NCBI GenBank assembly: GCA_902522415.1
Contig: CABYVI010000003.1
Coordinates: 5,092-69,091 of the forward strand
DNA from: an uncultured SAR116 cluster alpha proteobacterium
GTDB lineage: Bacteria; Pseudomonadota; Alphaproteobacteria; Puniceispirillales; GCA-002684695
Reading direction: 5' to 3'
DNA: 64,000 nt
In this document: piece by piece, positions 27,732 to 34,614 of the stretch
How the letters are laid out: each line of letters starts with the position of its first letter
How positions within the stretch are numbered: position 1 is the first letter of the stretch
The notes under the pieces: generated by a model
Database searches by the model: none
Seen by the model: the letters and a program-made list of their open reading frames with translations, nothing else
Told to the model about the DNA's origin: nothing
Position numbers and translations under genes: made by a program

Positions 27732-28367
27732 ATGTTTAATCTATCGCCTCAATATAATTTGCTTTTAGATCAATATAGTTACATGGCAGAAAACGGATAC
27801 CATAGAACTGATGGTCAATTTGTAAAAAATGTATATTCAGATGCTGAGCCTTTGAAGTTTTCAGAGAGCATAAAGGAAATTGTTAAGTGTTTTAATTCAA
27901 AAAATGCTTTAGATTATGGTTCAGGTGGAACTAATTTAAACACTAAAATACTAAAAGAAGATATTAAGTTTATTGACTTCATAGGTCTAAAAAAAATTTA
28001 TTCTTATGAGCCTGCTAGAAAAAAAGGCAACCCTAAAAAATGTGATTTGGTTTTATGCTTTGATGTTCTTGAACATATCTTTATTAATGATATTCCGTGG
28101 GTTTTAAAAGAATTATTTGCAAATGCAAAACAATGTGTAATCATAAATGTTGCTTGCTATAAAGCTGCTGCACTTTTACCTAATGGAGAAAATGCACACA
28201 TAACAGTAAGACCTCCCCATTGGTGGTTAGGACAAATCGAGTGTATAAGCACATTGTATCCTGAAGTTTATTGGGCACTTTTTACTTCTCAAGGTCATCA
28301 GAATTTTGATTTTCTTGGTGTGCATAGAATGAAAGACAAAATAGATAGCAAAAAATTTGTCCAGTAA
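27732..28367 (+). CDS. Putative class I SAM-dependent methyltransferase (211 aa)
   Basis: Motif I-like LDYGSGGT, and CDLVLCFDVLEHI; sits in the flagellin-modification neighbourhood. Confidence 0.55.
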   Translation: MFNLSPQYNLLLDQYSYMAENGYHRTDGQFVKNVYSDAEPLKFSESIKEIVKCFNSKNALDYGSGGTNLNTKILKEDIKFIDFIGLKKIYSYEPARKKGNPKKCDLVLCFDVLEHIFINDIPWVLKELFANAKQCVIINVACYKAAALLPNGENAHITVRPPHWWLGQIECISTLYPEVYWALFTSQGHQNFDFLGVHRMKDKIDSKKFVQ

Positions 28368-28424
28368 AAAAAATATTAAAAATTCTTAAAAGTTTTATAC
28401 AAATCTCCGTTACTATATATGAGA

Positions 28425-28440
28425 CTATTTCGCTGACCTC
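28425..28440 (+). other. 16-nt sequence exactly complementary to the loop of sRNA copy 2, displayed in the hairpin GACTAT/ATAGTC
   Basis: CTATTTCGCTGACCTC is the reverse complement of GAGGTCAGCGAAATAG at 30448-30463. Confidence 0.8.
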
Positions 28441-28442
28441 AT

Positions 28443-28478
28443 AGTCCCTCCATATATTAATGGAGGGACTTTCACTTT
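28443..28478 (+). terminator. Probable intrinsic terminator of the 27732 transcript
   Basis: AGTCCCTCCA-TATATTAA-TGGAGGGACT followed by the T-rich TTCACTTT. Confidence 0.5.
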
Positions 28479-28494
28479 ATATTGTAATATGATT

Positions 28495-28510
28495 AGGCAT
28501 AAATATTGCA
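28495..28510 (+). promoter_or_regulatory. Sigma-54-like promoter upstream of the TPR gene at 28544
   Basis: AGGCAT-AAATA-TTGCA. Confidence 0.55.
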
Positions 28511-28543
28511 CATATCTATTGGTAAAACTTAGATGTGTGAAAA

Positions 28544-30163
28544 ATGTTAATAGATAGAAAACTATCAACAGCTGAAAAACTCAGAAAAATCGGAAATTTT
28601 GAACAAGCAATTATTATTTATGAAGAAATTCTCTCTAAATTCCCATTAAATAAACGTGCTCAATTAGGGAAATCTTCTTGCATAAAATATGCACCTCAAA
28701 TGGAGTTGGATTTTGTCATAAACTTATTTGATAAAAAATTATATAATGAAGCTGAGAGCGAAATTCAGAATTTGATAGTTAAATATAAAAATGATGAGAA
28801 TTTATATAATATTTATGGTGCTATCTTATCTAGACTACAAATATTTGACAAAGCAAAAGAGAAATATCAAAAAGCATTAGAATTGAACCCTAGATTCCCT
28901 GAAGCTCTCAATAATCTTGCGGAATTAATGAACCAAACTAAAGAATTTAATGAAGCAAAGCAATTATGCGAAGAGGCCATAAAACTTAATAAGAATTATG
29001 CAGAGGCTTACAATAATTTAGGTAATTCATATCTAAACCTAGGATCTTACAAGGAAGCAAATACTTTTTATGAAAAATCTTTATTCCTTAACAATCCTAA
29101 CAAATATAGCGTTTTAAATAATTTAGGATTAGTGAATGCTTTTCTAAATAATTTTAAAGTTTCCAATAAATATTTAATTCAGGCAACTAATTTGATCCCA
29201 AAAGAAATTGAAGCAGTTAATACATTAGCTTCAATAGCAATTTATCAAGATAAAGCGGATTATAGTAATATTTCTGATCATTTAATAAAAAATTTAGATT
29301 TTTATGACACAAAAAGTAAAATCTTCATTTTAACTTACTTAAGCATCCTCTTTTATATTGAAGGTGAAATAGAGAAATCAAAAAATTATAACAAGAATCT
29401 AATAAATAGATTAAATGAATTCTTAGAAAACAGAAGAATTTTTGAACCTAAGGATTTAAATTTTGTAAAGGCTTATAGTTCTTTTTTGCGTTCTTTAAAT
29501 AAAATGGCTGCCCAAGAAAGCTTAACTAATAATTTATCAAATAAAAATATAATTTATCATTTAGGTGAGAGCCATTGCCTATCCTTTGCTCATAGAAACA
29601 TTCAAATCAATGATAAAAAATTTAGAATTAAACCTTTAATAACTGTAGGAGCTAAAGCCTGGCATCTCACAGACAAAAGACATAATAAGCAAAAACCTTT
29701 TTTCATTTCGCAATTGAAAAAGGTTCCTTACAATTCAAAGGTATTTATATCTATTGGCGAAATAGATACCAGAATTAGTGAAGGTATTATTACATTCCAT
29801 CAGAAATCAAAAAAAGATTTAAATGAAATAATTAAAGAAACTGTATATGGTTATGTGAGTTTTATTGAAAGCTTTTTAGAGAGTAAACAAATAGAAAAAT
29901 TCTATTTTAGTGTTCATGCCCCTTATCAAATTCGAGAAAATAAAGACTATAACTCTGAACTTGAACTGAGAAGAATAGAAGTTATCAAGACTTTCAATAA
30001 TTATTTAGAAAAATATACTAAAGAGTTTAATTCTAAATTTATAGACACCTTTAGCTTTACATGTAATGAAAAAGGCGAGTCCAACAAGAAATATATGATT
30101 GATCCAACACATCTTTCACCAAAAGCTCTACCAATCATTGAAACAAAGATTAATAATCTTTAG
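28544..30163 (+). CDS. TPR-repeat protein with an uncharacterised ~220-aa C-terminal domain
   Basis: N-terminal TPRs similar to the neighbouring TPR enzymes. I do not recognise the C-terminal half (HLGESHCLSF...ISIGEIDTR...). Confidence 0.6.
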   Translation: MLIDRKLSTAEKLRKIGNFEQAIIIYEEILSKFPLNKRAQLGKSSCIKYAPQMELDFVINLFDKKLYNEAESEIQNLIVKYKNDENLYNIYGAILSRLQIFDKAKEKYQKALELNPRFPEALNNLAELMNQTKEFNEAKQLCEEAIKLNKNYAEAYNNLGNSYLNLGSYKEANTFYEKSLFLNNPNKYSVLNNLGLVNAFLNNFKVSNKYLIQATNLIPKEIEAVNTLASIAIYQDKADYSNISDHLIKNLDFYDTKSKIFILTYLSILFYIEGEIEKSKNYNKNLINRLNEFLENRRIFEPKDLNFVKAYSSFLRSLNKMAAQESLTNNLSNKNIIYHLGESHCLSFAHRNIQINDKKFRIKPLITVGAKAWHLTDKRHNKQKPFFISQLKKVPYNSKVFISIGEIDTRISEGIITFHQKSKKDLNEIIKETVYGYVSFIESFLESKQIEKFYFSVHAPYQIRENKDYNSELELRRIEVIKTFNNYLEKYTKEFNSKFIDTFSFTCNEKGESNKKYMIDPTHLSPKALPIIETKINNL

Positions 30164-30172
30164 TTTGTTGTT

Positions 30173-30188
30173 TGGCATAAATATTGCT
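30173..30188 (+). promoter_or_regulatory. Sigma-54 promoter of sRNA copy 1
   Basis: TGGCAT-AAATA-TTGCT. Confidence 0.65.
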
Positions 30189-30197
30189 CAATATAAA

Positions 30198-30275
30198 TGT
30201 TCCTAGAGGTCAGCGAAAATAGCTAGGAACAATCTCCGATGGCGGTCTTGTCTTTAGTGGCAAGGCCGCTTTTTT
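30198..30275 (+). ncRNA. Candidate small RNA, copy 1 (about 78 nt)
   Basis: GTTCCTAG-AGGTCAGCGAAAATAG-CTAGGAAC hairpin, CAATCTCCGATG linker, terminator GCGGTCTTG...CAAGGCCGC plus T6. Confidence 0.6.
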
Positions 30276-30413
30276 AACATTATATCTAACTAGATTAATT
30301 TTATAAAACAGTTATTAATTTGAAGTAATTGTCAATACAAACTTAAGCACCTATACGATATATCTAGGCAATTATATGATATTTTTAATACTATTTTTTC
30401 AAGTCTTAAACTT

Positions 30414-30429
30414 TGGCATGACTATTGCA
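30414..30429 (+). promoter_or_regulatory. Sigma-54 promoter of sRNA copy 2
   Basis: TGGCAT-GACTA-TTGCA. Confidence 0.65.
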
Positions 30430-30439
30430 AATCATAAGT

Positions 30440-30524
30440 AGTTCCTAGAGGTCAGCGAAATAGCTAGGAACAATCTCCGATGGCGGTCTTGTTGATTTAA
30501 CTCTTCAAGACCGCTAATTTTTTT
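30440..30524 (+). ncRNA. Candidate small RNA, copy 2 (about 85 nt)
   Basis: Same hairpin (loop AGGTCAGCGAAATAG), same linker, terminator GCGGTCTTG...CAAGACCGC plus T7. Confidence 0.6.
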
Positions 30525-30536
30525 AATTTCATACTT

Positions 30537-30552
30537 TGGCATGACTATTGCA
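30537..30552 (+). promoter_or_regulatory. Sigma-54 promoter of sRNA copy 3
   Basis: TGGCAT-GACTA-TTGCA, identical to copy 2. Confidence 0.65.
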
Positions 30553-30562
30553 AATTATTAGT

Positions 30563-30648
30563 CAGTTCCTAGAGGTCTGCGAAAATAGCTAGGAACAATC
30601 TCCGATGGCGGTCTTGTTGATTTAACTCTTCAAGACCGCTAATTTTTT
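30563..30648 (+). ncRNA. Candidate small RNA, copy 3 (about 86 nt)
   Basis: Near-identical direct repeat of copy 2; loop variant AGGTCTGCGAAAATAG; same terminator plus T6. Confidence 0.6.
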
Positions 30649-30658
30649 GAGTTTAATT

Positions 30659-31039
30659 TTATGCTAATAAATTAACTTTTTTAGTAAATCTTGGTTCTTC
30701 AACAGACCAACTTGATATTCTTGAATATTTCGTTTGCGCAACATTATGAGTATACATAGGAGATGATAAAGATTTAGCCATAAGAAATGTTTCAGATGTA
30801 ACAGCTGAAGGTGCTCCATCAGGGTGAGAAATTCTATTCATAGAATATCTTTTCAAGTCCAAATTAGTTTTAGTGACTGCGCCAGGGTTAAAAACTCCAA
30901 CAGAAGTTTGTCTTTCACTTGGCATTAAATTTGCACTAATTCCAAGAAGTTGAGTGTTAGTTTGAGACAAATTGTTTCTAACATTAACGTTTCGGCTAAT
31001 ATTTGAGTTAGAAATATTGTTCAAAATTGGATTATCCAT
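30659..31039 (-). CDS. Hypothetical S/T/N-rich protein (126 aa), cysteine-free, probably disordered
   Basis: Intact ORF divergent from fliS; its composition resembles flagellar export substrates or regulators, but I find no diagnostic motif. Confidence 0.4.
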   Translation of the reverse strand: MDNPILNNISNSNISRNVNVRNNLSQTNTQLLGISANLMPSERQTSVGVFNPGAVTKTNLDLKRYSMNRISHPDGAPSAVTSETFLMAKSLSSPMYTHNVAQTKYSRISSWSVEEPRFTKKVNLLA

Positions 31040-31099
31040 TTTAGATTCTTAGCTTAAATATAAGTAAATATCAAGTTTAAAGACGAGGTAAATGGTATC

Positions 31100-31495
31100 A
31101 TGTCATATAATGTAGCTTCTGAAGCTTATAAACAAGCAGAAAATCTTGGGTTAGCAGAAGTAACTAATCCCCATGAAGTTGTCCAGAAATTATTTAATGA
31201 ACTTATAAAATCTATGAGTTTATTTGAAGAATCATTTAAGGATAAAACCCATTCCGAAACAAGGTCATCAAGCTTTGCACGATCTTTAACGATAATTTAT
31301 TCATTACAATCTAGCTTAGACTTCGAAAAAGGTGGTGAAATTTCTACCAATTTATTTCGAATCTACGAGTATTCAAGACAACAATTAATTTCAGATTTAA
31401 AAAATGCAAAAGCTGAAGGTGTGACAAATGCTATTCACATAATTAAAGAAATTGCTGGTGCATGGGATCAAATAGCAGATGAGGTAAAAAAATGA
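31100..31495 (+). CDS. fliS: Flagellin export chaperone FliS
   Basis: 131 aa; AYKQAE..., [19 protein letters not shown] and AGAWDQI match the FliS family. Confidence 0.9.
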   Translation: MSYNVASEAYKQAENLGLAEVTNPHEVVQKLFNELIKSMSLFEESFKDKTHSETRSSSFARSLTIIYSLQSSLDFEKGGEISTNLFRIYEYSRQQLISDLKNAKAEGVTNAIHIIKEIAGAWDQIADEVKK

Positions 31496-31782
31496 AAAAT
31501 GAATATAATATAATTCTCGACCAATTAATGGAAAAAATATCAAAAGCAGTTGCTGAAGAACAATATGCAGAGGTTATTATTTACAATGAAGAACTCTGTA
31601 CTGCGGTTATGGAAATGACTGATAGTTGCTCAGAAGAAGACAAAGAAAGCTTATATAATCTAATTTCTGACGCAAGAGACGAAATTGATGGTTTAAAAGA
31701 CCAAATTATTGCAAGACAGAATAAATTATCAGCTGATACAAATAAATCTAATAAAGCTAAGATAAATTATAACGTCGCTTAA
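31492..31782 (+). CDS. Hypothetical acidic helical protein (96 aa) in the FliT-like position
   Basis: ATGA overlap with the fliS stop; helical and acidic; call rests on position only. Confidence 0.35.
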   Translation: MKNEYNIILDQLMEKISKAVAEEQYAEVIIYNEELCTAVMEMTDSCSEEDKESLYNLISDARDEIDGLKDQIIARQNKLSADTNKSNKAKINYNVA

Positions 31783-31786
31783 AAAA

Positions 31787-32908
31787 TTAATGATTAATTG
31801 AGAGTTTTTTCATTTTCTCAATTAATGTTGTTCTGTTTAGCCTTAAGCATTCAGATGCTTTTGTGATATGACCACTATTTTTTTCAATTGCAGCTTTGAT
31901 TAAAACTTCCTCTACATCTATTAAGTGCCTTCTTATATCAATGCTGTCATAGTATAAAAACCAATCACTATAGTGAGAAGGGTCAGGTAATGGAGGACTG
32001 TTTTCATTTTCTGCATCTTCCTCAATTTCAAAAGATATATTTGAAGTTGCTTCCCACATAGCATCTTTTTCAATTTGAGGATCAGGCACTTTAAGCCTGA
32101 GAAGATTTTCTAATACATTTTTACCATTAATTTTTTTATTAGGAAATAAAACTGCAGCCCTTTCAACAACATTTCTAAGTTCTCTGATGTTTCCAGGCCA
32201 ATTATATCTTCCCAATTCTCTAAAAGCAGTATCATCAAATTCAGGAATATTATCCCCCTGTTTTCTTAATTCTGACAACATAAATTCAACAATTACAGGT
32301 ATATCAACAATCCTTTCTGCAAGACTAGGCACAATGATTGGAAAAACATTTATTCTAAAAAATAAATCTGCTCTAAATTTTCCTTCATCTACATATTTAT
32401 CAATATTCTGATGTGTGGCACAAATTAACCTTAAATCAATTTTAATTTCTTTATCACCACCCACTCTTTGGATAGTTTTGTTTTCAAGTGCCCTTAGTAA
32501 TTTACTCTGCAGTGAAAGAGGCATGTCTCCAATTTCATCTAAAAATAATGTTCCACCACTTGATTGCTCAAAGCGCCCTGCCCGCGATTTATCAGCGCCT
32601 GTGAAGGCACCTTTCTCATGTCCAAATAACTCACTTTCAAGAAGTTCTGTTGGAATTGCTGCGCAATTTACTGAAATCAATGGTCCTTTTTTTCCAGACG
32701 CTTCGTGAATACCTTTTGCAACAAGTTCTTTGCCTGACCCAGTTGGACCTAAAATTAATGCTGAACTTCCTGTTGGCGCCACTACAGACATCAGACGTTT
32801 CAACTCACTTGCAGGTGCTGAAATTCCTGAGATAAGCTTGTTTATTGATAATGGTATTAAATTTGGATCTTTATTTAGCTTTGTCATAAATTTGTCATTA
32901 CTTAACAA
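31787..32908 (-). CDS. Sigma-54 enhancer-binding protein: AAA+ domain plus C-terminal Fis-type HTH, no receiver domain (FleQ/FlrA-like)
   Basis: Walker A GPTGSGKE, ESELFGHEKGAFTGA (GAFTGA loop), GGTLFLDEIGDM, WPGNIRELRNVVER; C-terminal HITKASECLRLNRTTLIEKMKKL; only about 45 aa precede the AAA+ domain. Confidence 0.85.
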   Translation of the reverse strand: MLSNDKFMTKLNKDPNLIPLSINKLISGISAPASELKRLMSVVAPTGSSALILGPTGSGKELVAKGIHEASGKKGPLISVNCAAIPTELLESELFGHEKGAFTGADKSRAGRFEQSSGGTLFLDEIGDMPLSLQSKLLRALENKTIQRVGGDKEIKIDLRLICATHQNIDKYVDEGKFRADLFFRINVFPIIVPSLAERIVDIPVIVEFMLSELRKQGDNIPEFDDTAFRELGRYNWPGNIRELRNVVERAAVLFPNKKINGKNVLENLLRLKVPDPQIEKDAMWEATSNISFEIEEDAENENSPPLPDPSHYSDWFLYYDSIDIRRHLIDVEEVLIKAAIEKNSGHITKASECLRLNRTTLIEKMKKLSINH

Positions 32909-33010
32909 TATAAGTATATCATGTCAGAATATTGACTTATTTTGCAAATGAAAAATTTTTATTGTTATTTTTCAATGGTTTAGATGCCTACTATACTATT
33001 TTCAAAATTT

Positions 33011-33026
33011 TGGAACGCCATTTGCC
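33011..33026 (+). promoter_or_regulatory. Sigma-54 promoter of the EBP2-fliE... operon
   Basis: TGGAAC-GCCAT-TTGCC. Confidence 0.6.
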
Positions 33027-33092
33027 TTTATACATTCGCTAAGTGAATGAAGTTTCACCAAAGTATAAAAATTAGGCGGGGAGGCCTTTGAA

Positions 33093-34250
33093 ATGAAAAA
33101 TGTAGGTATCATTAAAGAGAATTTTGATCTTGCACATAAATTGACTAAATTACTTAATACAAAACAAATGAATATAGTTGAGCTTCCACTATATAATTCT
33201 GTTCAGATTAATAGCTTAGTTCTAAGTGCTGCAAAAGAGATTGAGATGGGCGGCCAGCAAGCTGTAATCGAATTTTCAAGAAATACCAAAGCTGATCAGA
33301 TAATGATAATCGAAGAAAAAGCAAAAACTTACAAAACTGAAGTGAATTTCGGTGGAAAATTAATCAAAATTAGCATCCCTGAAAAAGAAGATACTCATGA
33401 CTGGATATTGGAGATATCCGCACAAATGCTCGCTACTAAAGAGTTAGTGATGGCAAACGATATTAGAAGTAGAGAACTTTTAGCTTTAGCAAAAAAGGTT
33501 GCAACTACAAATGTTACTGTTTTTATCAATGGTCCTACAGGAACTGGTAAAGAAGTAATTTCAAATTTCATTCATAATAATAGTTCAAGATCAGAATTTC
33601 CTTTTGTGGCAGTCAACTGTGCAGCTATTCCAGAGAACATGCTTGAAGCAATTTTATTTGGACATGAAAAGGGTTCATTTACTGGAGCCTCTCAGGCCAA
33701 TAAAGGTATTTTCCGAGCTGCAGATGGAGGCACTCTTTTGTTAGATGAAATTTCTGAAATGCCACTTTCACTTCAGTCAAAGCTTTTAAGAGTACTACAG
33801 GAGAGAAAAGTAACACCAATTGGTGGATCAAAAGATGTTCAAGTAGATGTACGAGTTGTTGCGACAACTAATCGAGATATGCTTTCAGAAATAAAAAAAG
33901 GAACATTCAGAGAAGACTTATACTATAGGCTTAATGTTTTTCCTCTAAGAACTTTAGCACTTAAAGAGAGACCAGATGATATATTACCTATAAGTGCTGC
34001 ATTACTTAAAAAACATACAAGTGAAGACAAATCTCTACCACTTTTAACAGCTAAAGCATTAGATGTTTTGAAAAATCATTCATGGCCTGGGAATGTAAGA
34101 GAATTAGAGAATGTATTACAAAGAGCAATGGTAATTTGTAATGAAGATATAATAACTGAAAATGACATAATGATTGATAATTCGGCAATTAGTACAGAGA
34201 GGAACCTTGCTGATAGAATTCAATCTGGAAATATGGTTGCTACTGCATAA
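33093..34250 (+). CDS. Sigma-54 enhancer-binding protein with an N-terminal ~130-aa domain and AAA+ core but no DNA-binding HTH (FleT-like)
   Basis: GPTGTGKE, FGHEKGSFTGA, GGTLLLDEISEM, WPGNVRELENVLQR; the protein ends about 45 aa after the AAA+ core with no HTH; first gene before fliE, as fleT is in R. sphaeroides fla1. Confidence 0.8.
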   Translation: MKNVGIIKENFDLAHKLTKLLNTKQMNIVELPLYNSVQINSLVLSAAKEIEMGGQQAVIEFSRNTKADQIMIIEEKAKTYKTEVNFGGKLIKISIPEKEDTHDWILEISAQMLATKELVMANDIRSRELLALAKKVATTNVTVFINGPTGTGKEVISNFIHNNSSRSEFPFVAVNCAAIPENMLEAILFGHEKGSFTGASQANKGIFRAADGGTLLLDEISEMPLSLQSKLLRVLQERKVTPIGGSKDVQVDVRVVATTNRDMLSEIKKGTFREDLYYRLNVFPLRTLALKERPDDILPISAALLKKHTSEDKSLPLLTAKALDVLKNHSWPGNVRELENVLQRAMVICNEDIITENDIMIDNSAISTERNLADRIQSGNMVATA

Positions 34251-34260
34251 GGAGTTTAAT

Positions 34261-34575
34261 ATGACGAATATTGGAATAAAACCTTCTCAATTAACAGATA
34301 TAAGATCTGCATTACTAGAGGCTTCAAAGAGTAATACTCTAGAACCAAATGCTAATGAAAATTTTGGCAATAAAATTAAAGACGCTCTCGATAGTGTTGC
34401 CAATGCACAAGAGAGTTCAAAGGTTCTAGCCCAAAATTATGAATTAGGTAAAGAACACGATTTGACTAAAGTTATGGTTAGTCAAAATATATCCTCACTA
34501 GCATTTCAAATGACATTAAATGTCAGAAACAAAATGTTAAATGCATATAAAGATATTATGAATATGCCTGTTTAG
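34261..34575 (+). CDS. fliE: Flagellar hook-basal body protein FliE (start at ATG 34261 with GGAG RBS, not 34174)
   Basis: 104 aa; FGNKIKDALDSVANAQ...VMVSQNISSLAFQMTLNVRNKMLNAYKDIMNMPV. Confidence 0.85.
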   Translation: MTNIGIKPSQLTDIRSALLEASKSNTLEPNANENFGNKIKDALDSVANAQESSKVLAQNYELGKEHDLTKVMVSQNISSLAFQMTLNVRNKMLNAYKDIMNMPV

Positions 34576-34614
34576 TAATGTTTAATATGAATATAAATAG
34601 AATAAGAGAAAAAA

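Noticed and set aside
30173-30648. The three repeats as a CRISPR array, REP elements or a small-peptide gene
   Set aside because: Each repeat has its own sigma-54 promoter and intrinsic terminator. The units are about 120 nt and are not short repeats with unique spacers. There are no cas genes. The 9-codon ORF (MFLEVSENS) exists only in copy 1.
30198-30648. CsrB/RsmY-like CsrA-sponge interpretation of the sRNAs
   Set aside because: CsrA sponges display GGA in hairpin loops. Here the loops carry GGTCAGCG, and the only AGGA lies in the stem. No csrA or fliW is visible in the window.
32187-32951. Plus-strand ORFs antisense to the minus-strand EBP gene
   Set aside because: The EBP reading frame has unmistakable AAA+ sigma-54-interaction motifs. 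The overlapping ORFs have none.
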